64,000 bases of DNA, from assembly GCA_014729085.1 (NCBI GenBank), contig WJKM01000006.1:16152-80151 (forward strand). Direction: 5' to 3'. Below, one piece after another: positions 1 through 10,314 of this stretch (its first letter is position 1; each line of letters begins with the position of its first letter). Made by a program: the position numbers and the translations under genes. The notes below the pieces were generated by a model. The model did no database searches and was not told the DNA's origin. It saw only the letters and a list, made by a program, of their open reading frames with translations. Source of the stretch: Candidatus Dojkabacteria bacterium (GTDB lineage: Bacteria; Patescibacteriota; Dojkabacteria; B142; WJKM01).

Positions 1-1
1 G

Positions 2-3000
2 ATAGAAGCACAATTATCATCCTTCAAGCTATTTTTAGAAGAGGGAATAAAGGAATTATTTGATGAAATAAGTCCAATAACTGATTACACAGGTGAAGCA
101 TGGGAACTTACTTTTGAAGATTTGGAGTTTGAAAAACCTGAGCGTGGTTTCAAGAAATCCATGAGATTAGGTTTGTCTTACGATCAATCCTTATATATAA
201 ATACTAGACTTCTAAATAAAAAGACAGGGGAAATTAAAAAGCAAAGATTGTTTTTGGTTGATATGCCTGTAATGAGCGATAGAGCAACTTTTGGAATTAG
301 TGGTAATGAACGAGTCGTGGTTATGCAGATAACAAGAGCAGAAGGAATTCTGTTTTATCAGACAAAAGCCTCTTCCAGGTCCCCAAGACCTCTTTACGGT
401 GTTAAATTAATGCCTACTAGAGGAAGATGGTTTGACTTCGAATTTAATAGACATGGAGTTATGTCTGTAAAGCTACTAGATAAAAGACCAAAAATTTTCC
501 TTACAACATTATTACGTGCGGTAGGTTATTCTTCAGATGAGGAACTTACAAAACTTCTCGCTGCTTATGATAAAGGAGAAACAAAACTGCTTGAAAGTAC
601 CTTTAGAAGAGATACCACTAAGAATACCGAAGAGGCCTTGCTTGAAATTTATAGAAAATTAAGACCTGAAGATTCAATAAGTATTGAGGCCGCTAAAGAA
701 TTTCTACATAATTTATTATTCGAAAAAAGACGATTTTATCTGGGTAGAATTGGTAGATACCAATTGAATAAAAAATTAGGTAGAAAATTAAAAATGAAAC
801 CTGAAAATTATGTTCTACAAAAGGAAGATCTACTTTATGTAGTTAGAGCTTTGTTGCAGTTGAACTCTGGAGATTTGGAAGAGGATGATATTGATCATTT
901 AGCAAATAGAAGAATAAGAGGAGTTGGAGAGTTAATCGCTGATCATATAAGAGTTGGAGTTTTGCGAATGGAGAAAAATATTAGAGATAGGATGGGAACT
1001 CATGGAACAGATGAATTAATAACTCCTTCTACGTTGGTCAATTCAAGACCTTTAATTGCATCAGTAAATCAGTTTTTTGGGAGCAGTCAGCTTTCTAGAT
1101 ATATGGATCAAGAAAATGTACTTTCTGAAGTCGAAACTAAAAGAAGAATTACAGCAGGAGGTCCGGGTGGACTAACGAAGGAAAGAGCTACTTTTTCGGT
1201 AAGAGACGTTCACCATTCAAGTTATTCAAGATTGTGTCCTGTAACTACACCAGAGGGACCTTCAATCGGTATAGTTTCCCATATGTCAGTCTATGCCAGA
1301 ATAAATGAATTTGGTTTTTTTGAAGCACCTTATTATAGAGTTTTATCAAATGTTAAGCTGGAAGAATTAGAAGATGAATCAATACTGGAAGGATGTACTT
1401 TAAGGGAGGATGCAAAAGATGAAGATGGAGAAGTTATATTAAAGAAAGGAGATAGTATCACGAAAAACCGATTGAAGAAAATTAAGGAATCAAAGTTAAA
1501 AGAGATTAAAGTGGAGCCTAAGATTACAGAAGAGGTGGTATATATCACTCCGGATGATGAGTTGAAATACCATATTGCATCGGCCACGAGTAGAAATGAG
1601 GAAAATGAGTTTGTAGACGATAACGTTTTTGTAAGATTTGGAAGTAGTTATAGAAGAGTTCCAATTTCAGAAGTAGATTTTATAGATATTAATCCAGGTC
1701 AAATAGCAGGTCTTGGATTGTCTTTAGTTCCTTTTTCTTTCAATGATGATCCAACTCGAGCATTGATGGCTGCAAACATGCAGAGGCAAGCTGTTCCACT
1801 TTTAAATCCTGAATCTCCAATTGTTGGGACAGGTTTTGAAAAAATTATTGCAGATGCTTCAAAGAGAGTTGTAAGAGCAAAGGATTCCGGAAAAGTTGTT
1901 GAAGCTGACGCATCTAAGATCAAAGTTGAATACAAAGATGAAGAGGTAGAATATGAAGCGGATAAATTTATCAGAACTAATCAAAATACAACTTTTTGTC
2001 AGCAAGTTAAAGTATCTACTGGAGAAAAGGTATCAAAAGGGGATGTATTAATAGATGGTCCAAGTATGGAAAACGGAGAGCTTGCTTTAGGTAAGAATCT
2101 GATGGCTGCCTTTATGATCTATGAGGGTTATAACTATGAAGATGGAATTATAATTTCTGAAAGATTAGTGAAGGATGATGTACTTACTTCAATTCATATT
2201 AAGGAATACAGTCAGGATGTTAGAGATACTAAGTTAGGTAAAGAGTTAATTACTTCTGATATACCTAATGTTGGTACCTATCTTTTAAGAAATTTAGATG
2301 AGGAGGGTATTGTAAGAATAGGAGCAAGTGTAGAAAGCAGAGATATTTTAGTTGGAATTATTGCTCCAAAAGGAGAAGTAGAATTAACAGCAGAAGAAAA
2401 GCTGCTTAGAGCAATTTTTGGAGAGTACTCAAGGGATGTAAGAGATAACTCATTGAGGCTTCCTCACGGTGATAAAGGTATTGTAGTAGGTGTTCAAATT
2501 TTAGATAAAGAAAAAGGAGATAAATTAAATCCAGGAGTACTCAAACAAGTAAAAGTATGGGTTGCACGTACACAAAAAATATCTGTCGGAGATAAGCTTA
2601 CTGGTCTTCATGGAGATAAAGGTGTGATATCTAAGGTGCTTCCCGAAGCGGACATGCCTTACATGAAAGATGGAACTCCAATAGATATAATACTTTCTCC
2701 TATGTTTGTAAAAAGAATGAATATTGGACAGATAAAAGAAATGCATATTGCGTCCCAAGCTAAGAAATTAGGAAAGAAAGTCGAGGTACCTCCTTTCACA
2801 CCTATTGATAACGAGAAATTATTAAAAGAGTTGAAGAAAGAGGGTATAGATTGGACTGAAAAGGTTACTTTATTTGATGGAAGAACAGGAAAACCTTATG
2901 ACAAGAAGGTTGCTGTTGGTCCTCGATATATACTTAAATTGAATCATTTATCCTCGGATAAAATACACTCCAGATCAACTGGACCTTATACAGTTGTGAC

Positions 3001-3439
3001 TCAACAACCGCTTGGCGGAAAAGCTCAATTTGGTGGTCAGAGATTTGGGGAAATGGAGGTATGGGCACTTGAAGCACATGCAGTACCTAATGTGTTGCAG
3101 GAGATGTTGACAATAAAATCAGATGATGTGAGTGGAAGAGCATCTGCGTATAAGTCAATTATTCAGGGGTTGCCTATTGATCCTCCTTCGACACCAGAAT
3201 CCTTTAAGGTTTTTGTGTCCGAGATGAGAGCCCTAGGAGTTAATCTAGATCCTATCGAAAAAACTGAAGAGCCCGAACCTGTAGAAGGTGAAGAACGTTT
3301 TGAAGAAGATGCAGTTCCTGGTCCCGAAGGAATAAGCGAAGATGAAGCTGAGGAGATAGAAGAGGATGAAGATTTTGAAATCAAGGATGAGGAAATGAAA
3401 GAAATAGAAGATTCAGAAGAAACTGAAGGAGAAGATTAA
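2..3439 (+). CDS. rpoB: DNA-directed RNA polymerase beta subunit, 5' partial (reading frame open from window edge)
   Basis: Long ORF with rpoB-like N-terminal region (FLEEGI..ELF..ISPI) and conserved beta-subunit motifs (NMQRQAVPL, GDK..GRHGNKGV-like LTGLHGDKGVIS, GGQRFGEMEVWALEAH). Frame continues upstream of the TTG at 122 without a stop, so the 5' end lies outside the window. Acidic C-terminal tail. Confidence 0.96.
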   Translation: MEAQLSSFKLFLEEGIKELFDEISPITDYTGEAWELTFEDLEFEKPERGFKKSMRLGLSYDQSLYINTRLLNKKTGEIKKQRLFLVDMPVMSDRATFGISGNERVVVMQITRAEGILFYQTKASSRSPRPLYGVKLMPTRGRWFDFEFNRHGVMSVKLLDKRPKIFLTTLLRAVGYSSDEELTKLLAAYDKGETKLLESTFRRDTTKNTEEALLEIYRKLRPEDSISIEAAKEFLHNLLFEKRRFYLGRIGRYQLNKKLGRKLKMKPENYVLQKEDLLYVVRALLQLNSGDLEEDDIDHLANRRIRGVGELIADHIRVGVLRMEKNIRDRMGTHGTDELITPSTLVNSRPLIASVNQFFGSSQLSRYMDQENVLSEVETKRRITAGGPGGLTKERATFSVRDVHHSSYSRLCPVTTPEGPSIGIVSHMSVYARINEFGFFEAPYYRVLSNVKLEELEDESILEGCTLREDAKDEDGEVILKKGDSITKNRLKKIKESKLKEIKVEPKITEEVVYITPDDELKYHIASATSRNEENEFVDDNVFVRFGSSYRRVPISEVDFIDINPGQIAGLGLSLVPFSFNDDPTRALMAANMQRQAVPLLNPESPIVGTGFEKIIADASKRVVRAKDSGKVVEADASKIKVEYKDEEVEYEADKFIRTNQNTTFCQQVKVSTGEKVSKGDVLIDGPSMENGELALGKNLMAAFMIYEGYNYEDGIIISERLVKDDVLTSIHIKEYSQDVRDTKLGKELITSDIPNVGTYLLRNLDEEGIVRIGASVESRDILVGIIAPKGEVELTAEEKLLRAIFGEYSRDVRDNSLRLPHGDKGIVVGVQILDKEKGDKLNPGVLKQVKVWVARTQKISVGDKLTGLHGDKGVISKVLPEADMPYMKDGTPIDIILSPMFVKRMNIGQIKEMHIASQAKKLGKKVEVPPFTPIDNEKLLKELKKEGIDWTEKVTLFDGRTGKPYDKKVAVGPRYILKLNHLSSDKIHSRSTGPYTVVTQQPLGGKAQFGGQRFGEMEVWALEAHAVPNVLQEMLTIKSDDVSGRASAYKSIIQGLPIDPPSTPESFKVFVSEMRALGVNLDPIEKTEEPEPVEGEERFEEDAVPGPEGISEDEAEEIEEDEDFEIKDEEMKEIEDSEETEGED

Positions 3440-3494
3440 ATTACAATACTATTTAATAAACTTTAATTAATATTTGAAATATTAGTAAATTAAC

Positions 3495-6400
3495 ATGATG
3501 GACGATTTCCAGGCACTAAGAATTTCGATTGCTTCTCCGCAGCAAATTCTTGCGTGGTCCCGTGGCGAAGTTAAAAAGCCAGAGACTATTAATTACAGAA
3601 CTCATAGAGCAGAGGTAGATGGTTTGATGGATGAGAGAATCTTTGGTCCGAGCAAAAATTACGAGTGTTATTGTGGTAAATATAAGAAGATAAGATACAG
3701 AGGTATCGTATGTGATCAATGCGGAGTTGAAATTACAAGCAAACGTGTACGTCGTGAGAGAATGGGTCATATTAAATTAGCTTGTCCTGTTACACATGTT
3801 TGGTTTGCGTATGGGATACCAAACAAACTTTCTCTAATTCTTAATACTCCTCAAAAGAAGCTTGAAACCGTTATTTATTATGCACGGTATTTAGTAACCG
3901 AGTATAGTGAGGATGGAAAGAAAGAAGCCCTGGAAATTATTGCAAAAAAGTATGACACACAAAAAGAAGTTTTGAAGGAAGATTTAAAAAAAGCACTAGA
4001 AGAAAAGGAAGATGAGTTTAAAGAAAGTATAAAGGAGCAGAAAAAGAAAAAGAAAAATAAGAAAAAATTAGAGTTAGCTGTTGAGAATCTCAAAGCAAAA
4101 GAAAAGAAAGAGCTTGCAAAGATAAAATCTATTTATAAACAAAAAGAAGCCAATACAAAAAAGAAATTAGATACCTTAAAAGATTTGGTCTCAAACTTGA
4201 GAGAGGGAACAACGCTTTCGGAAGAGGAGTATAATCAACTTGTCGAATATGACATTGATTTTTTTGATCTCGGGATGGGAGCAGAGGCTATTAGAAAACT
4301 ATTAAACAAACTAGATTTGGAAAAATCAATGGATGAGATTATGGAAGCCTTTAAGAAGACCAGATCAAAGGCAAAGAAGGGGAAACTGATTCAGAGATTG
4401 CGGGTAGTCAAAGGAATGAAAAAGGCTAATATTGATCCTTCATGGTTAGTATTAGATGTTGTTCCTGTGCTGCCTCCAGATTTAAGGCCTATTATCCAGC
4501 TTCCAGGTGGAAGATTTGCTACTTCTGATTTAAACGACTTATATCGAAGAGTAATTAATAGAAATAATAGGTTAAAAAGATTAATGAGGCTGGGAGCTCC
4601 TGAGATAATACTAAGAAATGAGAAACGAATGCTTCAGGAGGCTGTAGATGCCTTGATAGACAATAGTCACAGACCAGGTAACGCTGTATTAAACTCAAGA
4701 AATCAGGCATATAAATCTCTTTCGGATATGTTACGCGGAAAACAAGGACGATTTAGACAGAATCTTCTTGGAAAAAGAGTAGACTATTCAGGAAGATCGG
4801 TAATTATTTCCGGACCTTCATTAAACATTTATGAATGTGGAATTCCTAAGACGATGGCTCTGGAGTTATTTAAGCCTTTTGTTTTAAGTGAGATTATTAA
4901 GGAAGGATTGGCATTAAATATCAAAAGTGCAAAATTATTTTATGACGCGAAAAGTCCTGAAGTATGGGATATCTTGGAAAGGGTGACCAAAAAGCATCCT
5001 GTGCTCTTAAATCGAGCTCCAACCTTACATAAGCAGGGTATTCAAGCATTTTTCCCTGTTTTAATTGAGGGAGATGCTATTCAAATTCACCCTATGATAT
5101 GTAAAGGATTTAATGCTGACTTTGATGGAGACCAGATGGCTGTCCATGTTCCTTTAACACAGAAAGCAAAAGAAGAGGTCTTAAAAAGAATGATGGTTGA
5201 CTCCAATATTTTATTAATGGCTGACGGAACTTCTGTTGTGAATACAGAAAAGGATATGGCTTTGGGTGTATATTATTTGACAGCAATCGATAAAGAAGAA
5301 AAAAACAAGGAGTTTAAATATTTCTCAAGTCCTGTGGAAGCTGAAGGTATGTTTGATCTGGAGAAATTGAAACTTCATGAAAGAATTAAAGTTTTAGTCA
5401 ATGGAAAATTAGTTGAAACTTCTGTAGGAAGAATAATATTTAATGAGGTTCTGCCCGAAGGATTTAGATATGTAAATGAGCAACTCGATAAGAAAAAGGT
5501 AGCACGACTTTCCGAAGAGATTCTGGATAAGTACGGAAGCGAAGAAGTTGTAGGTTTCTTAGATGATGTAAAAACACTAGGATTTAAATTCGCAACAAAA
5601 TCTGGAATATCAGTTAGTTTTAATGATTTTGTTGTCAGTAAAGAGAAAGAGGAGATTTTAGATGAGGTTTCTAAAAAAGAGGATCAATACACTCAAGATT
5701 ACTATATGGGGCTTCTAGCACCTGAGGAAAAAAAGAGACTTGTTGAGGAAGCATGGATGGAAGCTATTGATAAGATAGCAGATGTTACATGGGAAAAGTA
5801 TAATGAAAAGGAAAATAATTTAGTTATGCTTAATGAATCCGGTGCGACACCTGTTGCTAATCCTTTAAGACAGATTTCAGGAGTGAAGGGCTTGATCTTG
5901 GATCCTCAAGGTAAAATCGTCGAATTACCTTTAAGATCAAATTATAGAGAAGGATTGTCAACACTTGAGTATTTTGTTGCTGCTCGTGGTACTAGAAAAG
6001 GACTTGCAGATACTGCCTTGAAAACTGCAGAATCTGGATATTTAACACGAAGACTTGTCGATGTGGCACAAGATGTAATTACTAGAGTTGAAGATTGTGG
6101 TGTCGAGGAAGGGATAGTAGTAGAAAGGGATGCAAATAGAAGATTAAGCTTTGGTCGACGACTCCATGGAAGATTTCTTACTCAAGATGTAATTGATGAA
6201 GAAACCGGAGAAGTAATACTGAAAGCAGGAAATTGTGTTGGTATAGAGGAAGCAGATGAGATTGATCAAAACGAAAATATTAAAAAAGCTTATGTTCGTT
6301 CACCTTTAAAGTGTAAAGCTTTAAGAAGTGTTTGTCAGAAGTGTTACGGACATAGTCTTGGGACTGGAAAACTAGTGGATAAAGGTATTGCGGTTGGTAT

Positions 6401-7367
6401 TATTGCAGCTCAATCTATGGGAGAGGCAGCTACTCAGCTAACACTTGATACAAAGCACTTAGCAGGACGAGCTGGAACAGATATAACACAGGGTCTTCCA
6501 CGTGTGGAGGAGTTATTTGAAGCACGGACTCCAAAAGGAAAAGCAGAACTTTCACCTTTAAATGGAAAAATAAAAGTTTTATCCGAAGAAGGTAAGAACA
6601 AGATAGAAATTGTAATAACAAATGATGATGAAGTAGTTAAAAATTATCTACTGAAAGACGGGGATAAGCCTAAATTTAAGAGATCGAAGAAAGTCAAAAA
6701 GGGTGATGTTGTTATCGTCCGAAAGAATGGTAAAGAGATCAAGGTACCTGAGGATGGAAGAGTTTCCCGTGAAGATAACAAAATAATACTCGAGACTAAA
6801 AATAGTATTAGTGAATCAATCTCAGTCGATAAAGATGCAGTTTTGATCGTCAAGGATGGTGATAAAGTCAAAAAAGGTCAGCAATTAACCGAAGGTTCAA
6901 TTGATCCAAAAGAGTTGATGGAATTAGTTGATCTTGATACAGCACAGCACTATATTATCGATAATATCCAGGAAACCTATGGAGTTCAGGGTATTGGGAT
7001 TGATGACAGACACGTTGAAGTAGTAGTCAGGCAAATGTCAAGGTTTGCCAGAATTAGAAACTCAGGGGATAGCGAGTATCTACCTAATGAATATAAAGAC
7101 GCCATAGAGATAGAATTAATAAATGAAGAGTTAAAGAATGAAGGAAAAAATATAATTACGGCTAGAAGAGAATTGCTGGGTATAACAACAGCTGCTGTCC
7201 GTACAGAAAGTTTCTTATCTGCGGCCTCCTTCCAGGAGCAGGTTAGAGTCTTAACAGATGCAGCTTTAATTGGTAAGGTTGATGAGTTGAGAGGGTTGAA
7301 AGAAAATGTTATAATCGGAAAGCCTGTTCCCCTCGGAGATGAGCTAGAAGGCGGGGAGGAAGAGTAA
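3495..7367 (+). CDS. rpoC: DNA-directed RNA polymerase beta' subunit
   Basis: 1290 aa. Zn-finger CYCGKYKKIRYRGIVCDQCGVE, catalytic NADFDGDQMAVH motif, trigger-loop and C-terminal conserved blocks. Lineage-specific lysine-rich insertion (KKKKKNKKK...) near aa 180-230. Directly follows rpoB. Confidence 0.97.
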   Translation: MMDDFQALRISIASPQQILAWSRGEVKKPETINYRTHRAEVDGLMDERIFGPSKNYECYCGKYKKIRYRGIVCDQCGVEITSKRVRRERMGHIKLACPVTHVWFAYGIPNKLSLILNTPQKKLETVIYYARYLVTEYSEDGKKEALEIIAKKYDTQKEVLKEDLKKALEEKEDEFKESIKEQKKKKKNKKKLELAVENLKAKEKKELAKIKSIYKQKEANTKKKLDTLKDLVSNLREGTTLSEEEYNQLVEYDIDFFDLGMGAEAIRKLLNKLDLEKSMDEIMEAFKKTRSKAKKGKLIQRLRVVKGMKKANIDPSWLVLDVVPVLPPDLRPIIQLPGGRFATSDLNDLYRRVINRNNRLKRLMRLGAPEIILRNEKRMLQEAVDALIDNSHRPGNAVLNSRNQAYKSLSDMLRGKQGRFRQNLLGKRVDYSGRSVIISGPSLNIYECGIPKTMALELFKPFVLSEIIKEGLALNIKSAKLFYDAKSPEVWDILERVTKKHPVLLNRAPTLHKQGIQAFFPVLIEGDAIQIHPMICKGFNADFDGDQMAVHVPLTQKAKEEVLKRMMVDSNILLMADGTSVVNTEKDMALGVYYLTAIDKEEKNKEFKYFSSPVEAEGMFDLEKLKLHERIKVLVNGKLVETSVGRIIFNEVLPEGFRYVNEQLDKKKVARLSEEILDKYGSEEVVGFLDDVKTLGFKFATKSGISVSFNDFVVSKEKEEILDEVSKKEDQYTQDYYMGLLAPEEKKRLVEEAWMEAIDKIADVTWEKYNEKENNLVMLNESGATPVANPLRQISGVKGLILDPQGKIVELPLRSNYREGLSTLEYFVAARGTRKGLADTALKTAESGYLTRRLVDVAQDVITRVEDCGVEEGIVVERDANRRLSFGRRLHGRFLTQDVIDEETGEVILKAGNCVGIEEADEIDQNENIKKAYVRSPLKCKALRSVCQKCYGHSLGTGKLVDKGIAVGIIAAQSMGEAATQLTLDTKHLAGRAGTDITQGLPRVEELFEARTPKGKAELSPLNGKIKVLSEEGKNKIEIVITNDDEVVKNYLLKDGDKPKFKRSKKVKKGDVVIVRKNGKEIKVPEDGRVSREDNKIILETKNSISESISVDKDAVLIVKDGDKVKKGQQLTEGSIDPKELMELVDLDTAQHYIIDNIQETYGVQGIGIDDRHVEVVVRQMSRFARIRNSGDSEYLPNEYKDAIEIELINEELKNEGKNIITARRELLGITTAAVRTESFLSAASFQEQVRVLTDAALIGKVDELRGLKENVIIGKPVPLGDELEGGEEE

Positions 7368-7405
7368 ATTTCAAGTTTTTTTAAATTTTATTAATATAGA
7401 TTACT

Positions 7406-7849
7406 GTGCCAAGAATTTCGCAATTAGTTCGTAAAGGACGAAAACCTAAAAGAAAGAAAGTACGGTTTAAGGGATTAGAATTTCCTTCAACTACAAAGTA
7501 CAAAGCTATTCAATTTTGTTTTAATAGTATTAAAAATAAATACTACAGACAACCTACACCTCTTCGAAGAGGTGTATGTTTGAGTGTTTTTACAAGAACA
7601 CCGAAAAAGCCTAACTCTGCTCTTCGAAAGGTTGCTAGAGTAAGACTTTCTAATAAACAAATTGTAACAGCACATATTCCAGGGGAAGGCCACAATCTTC
7701 AAGAGCATAGTGTTGTGCTTGTTAGAGCAGGTAGAAGACCTGACTTGCCTGGAGTAAATTACCAGATTGTTAGAGGTGTATACGACTGTCAGCCAGTTGA
7801 TGGACGAAAGCAAAAAAGATCTAGATATGGAGTTAAAAAACCTAATTAA
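7406..7849 (+). CDS. rpsL: 30S ribosomal protein S12, with ~23 aa N-proximal insertion
   Basis: GTG start. Conserved S12 core [17 protein letters not shown]...[32 protein letters not shown]. Extra segment [32 protein letters not shown] between the VRKGRK and RGVC blocks, relative to canonical S12. Confidence 0.93.
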   Translation: MPRISQLVRKGRKPKRKKVRFKGLEFPSTTKYKAIQFCFNSIKNKYYRQPTPLRRGVCLSVFTRTPKKPNSALRKVARVRLSNKQIVTAHIPGEGHNLQEHSVVLVRAGRRPDLPGVNYQIVRGVYDCQPVDGRKQKRSRYGVKKPN

Positions 7850-7969
7850 AAAAGAGTAGATACTAGTACAAATTTGTATGACGCTTAGATAACTAACTAA
7901 GAGTATTCGAAAGATTGTTTTATTATGAAGTAAACAAATCTAACGGAGAAGAGTCATAGTAGAAATAGA

Positions 7970-7994
7970 AACTCTGCTATGGCAGAGTTTTTTT
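7970..7994 (+). terminator. Hairpin (AACTCTGC-tatg-GCAGAGTT) plus T7 run between rpsL and rpsG; intrinsic terminator or attenuator
   Basis: Perfect 8-bp stem with 4-nt loop followed by TTTTTTT, read directly from sequence. Same stem sequence recurs after the 16S gene (36534..36580). Confidence 0.55.
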
Positions 7995-8014
7995 AAATTT
8001 TTATCAAGTTTATT

Positions 8015-8488
8015 ATGAGAGGAAAAAAGGCCTCAGCCCGTGAAATCGAACCAGATGCAAAATTCAAAAGCAAATTGGTTACAAAGTTTATTAATATAGT
8101 AATGCAGGACGGAAAGAAATCCGTTGCGGAAAAAATCATGTATGAAGCTATGGATTTGTTGGAAAAAGGTGCCAAGAAGAAGAAAGCATTAGAAGCTTTA
8201 GAAGAAGCGATAGATAATGTCAAACCTAAAGTTGAGGTAAGATCAAGGCGGGTAGGAGGAGCAAATTATCAAGTTCCAGTACCTGTTAATGAAAGAAGAC
8301 AGCAAAGTTTAGCTATTCGATGGATTGTAGAAGCAGCGCGAGGAAATAGGGGGTCTTCAACTTTTTCAAATCAGCTTGGCCAGGTTTTGTTGCAGTCATT
8401 TAAGAAAGAGGGAGCTGCATTTAAGAAGAAGGAAGATACACATAAGATGGCTGAAGCAAATAGAGCATTTGCACGATTTGCCTGGTAA
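8015..8488 (+). CDS. rpsG: 30S ribosomal protein S7
   Basis: 157 aa. S7 hallmarks (KFINIVMQDGKKSVAEKI, VEVRSRRVGGANYQVPV, AIRWIVEAAR). Canonical position after rpsL. Confidence 0.95.
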   Translation: MRGKKASAREIEPDAKFKSKLVTKFINIVMQDGKKSVAEKIMYEAMDLLEKGAKKKKALEALEEAIDNVKPKVEVRSRRVGGANYQVPVPVNERRQQSLAIRWIVEAARGNRGSSTFSNQLGQVLLQSFKKEGAAFKKKEDTHKMAEANRAFARFAW

Positions 8489-8507
8489 AATTTTAAAATT
8501 AATTATT

Positions 8508-9194
8508 GTGAAATCTAGAGAAATCCAAGATAGAGAAGACAAAGAAAAAGAAACTAGGAATCCTATCGAAAAAGAAATAGATGAGATTCAAAACAAAGAA
8601 GAAAGGCAATTTCAATCTGAAAGTCTTTCTTCTTTTTCTTTAAATAAAATTGGTGGCGAAGGAAGAAGTTCTAAGGAGGATGCTGAACCAACGTTTGAGT
8701 TTAAAGTTGTTACTTCTTCTAATTTTGATAGATATGAATCAGATATAAGGAGATTATTTACTGAATACGGTAATTATATAGTAGATTCTTGCGAAGAAAC
8801 CGAGGATGTACATATAGATCCGGAGGAATTTAAATTTGGTGAGAGAGACATTAAAACTGAATTTTTTAGTAAGGATGGGTTTATTCTTTTAGTAAAAGAG
8901 AATGATGAGATAGCAGGCTGTATTGCTTTATCCAGATTAAGTCAAGATGAGTGTGAAATGAAGAGATTGTACGTATCTCCAAAATTTAGAGGTAGGGCAC
9001 TAGGCAATAAATTATGCAATGAGTTATTGCAAAGAGCCAAGTCTGCTGGTTTTAAAAGGATGAAACTTGTAACAAGTACAATTTTTGGACAAAGAGCAAT
9101 TGATCTATATAAAAGTCTTGGCTTCAATGAGATTCCCAGATTTTGTGAAACCGATCTGTCTGATGTATTCATGGAGAAAGACTTGGATCATTAA
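8508..9194 (+). CDS. GNAT family N-acetyltransferase (start uncertain; ORF opens at 8376 overlapping rpsG, first plausible start GTG 8508)
   Basis: C-terminal GNAT acetyl-CoA binding pattern (GCIALSRL...LYVSPKFRGRALGNKLCNELLQRAKSAGFKRMKL). No in-frame ATG before the domain. Sits where fusA normally follows rpsG. Confidence 0.65.
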   Translation: MKSREIQDREDKEKETRNPIEKEIDEIQNKEERQFQSESLSSFSLNKIGGEGRSSKEDAEPTFEFKVVTSSNFDRYESDIRRLFTEYGNYIVDSCEETEDVHIDPEEFKFGERDIKTEFFSKDGFILLVKENDEIAGCIALSRLSQDECEMKRLYVSPKFRGRALGNKLCNELLQRAKSAGFKRMKLVTSTIFGQRAIDLYKSLGFNEIPRFCETDLSDVFMEKDLDH

Positions 9195-9282
9195 TTAAGA
9201 ATTTCATAACATTGATGATGCGAACAGAAAGATAAGATAGTTGATTTTATTATTACATCATTTTAGTTGGCCTCAATACTTG

Positions 9283-9990
9283 TTATGAATTAAAAGAGAA
9301 GACTAGAACAAATTCCCCTTTAATCTTAATCTCTTTTTTATCAATCTTTTCTAGCAGATCTATGGGTTTTCCAGTCTTAATACTCTCAAATTTTTTAGTT
9401 AATTCTCTGCATAGGGATATAGTTACATTATCCTTATAAATAGAACCCATTATCTTTAAAGTTTTTTCTACTCTGTACGGCGATTCAAAAGCAATGTAAG
9501 AGCCATTTAAAATTTGGGAATGATCCTTGAGGCTTTCAAACAATCTTTCCTTCTTTACTTTTTTTGTAGGTAGAAAACCTAAAAATGTGAACTTATGAGT
9601 TGGTTGGCCAGAGGCGACAAGAGCGGTTGTAATTGATGTCGCACCCGGCAAGACTTCGATTTTAATCCTATTCTTAAAGTTTGTTCGTATCTCCTTAAGT
9701 AGTTTATATCCAGGATCGCTTATCAGAGGCGTCCCGGAATCCGAAGTAAACACAGCATCATTTTCTAGAAGTATTGCAAGAACTTTTGGTGTTAACTCAG
9801 TTTCTTTAGGTTCGTAGTAACTTATAAATTTTTTGTTACCTGTATCAACATCGAGTAAATTTAGTAGTTTTTTGGCAATTCTTGTGTCTTCACAAATTAT
9901 ATATTCATTTTCTTTTAAGAGATTTAAAGAGCGGATAGTGATGTCGCCTAAATTTCCAATTGGAGTTGGTACAATATATAAAGTGTTCAT
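9283..9990 (-). CDS. rsmI: 16S rRNA (cytidine1402-2'-O)-methyltransferase RsmI-like (tetrapyrrole methylase fold)
   Basis: N-terminal LYIVPTPIGNLGDITIRSL, ICEDTR, VFTSDSGTPLISDPG, VLPGATS motifs typical of RsmI. Start chosen at internal ATG (9990) where homology begins; the ORF track extends to 10125. Confidence 0.8.
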   Translation of the reverse strand: MNTLYIVPTPIGNLGDITIRSLNLLKENEYIICEDTRIAKKLLNLLDVDTGNKKFISYYEPKETELTPKVLAILLENDAVFTSDSGTPLISDPGYKLLKEIRTNFKNRIKIEVLPGATSITTALVASGQPTHKFTFLGFLPTKKVKKERLFESLKDHSQILNGSYIAFESPYRVEKTLKIMGSIYKDNVTISLCRELTKKFESIKTGKPIDLLEKIDKKEIKIKGEFVLVFSFNS

Positions 9991-10173
9991 ATATTTGTGA
10001 AAAGTTTGATAATAATATACATACAATTTTATCAAAAGCCGGTCAGATTTAGTTAAAAATAATATTTTTATGATAAAATGGTTTCTGCAAGAATCCATGA
10101 AGTTTTTGACATGATTAAATAACATTAAAATGATATAGTGTGTTGAACAAATTTGATAATTACCAATTGATAT

Positions 10174-10247
10174 ATCAGGGTAGCTCAGTTGGTTAGAGCA
10201 CGGGACTCATAAGCCCGGGGTCGAGGGTTCAAATCCCTCCCCTGATA
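10174..10247 (+). tRNA. tRNA with CAT anticodon (Met elongator, or Ile2 if lysidine-modified)
   Basis: Cloverleaf read by eye: acceptor ATCAGGG/CCCTGAT, D-arm GCTC-AGTTGGTTA-GAGC, anticodon loop CTCATAA, T-arm GAGGG-TTCAAAT-CCCTC, discriminator A. No encoded CCA. Confidence 0.85.
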
Positions 10248-10314
10248 CTATTAGATTAACGTAAAGCGACTATATGTTTTTATATGTATAAATAAATTAA
10301 AAATTTAACCAAGT

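Noticed and set aside
1333-4093. Several 60-85 aa minus-strand ORFs inside rpoB and rpoC
   Set aside because: Antisense shadows within highly conserved polymerase genes. Ser-rich low-complexity translations.
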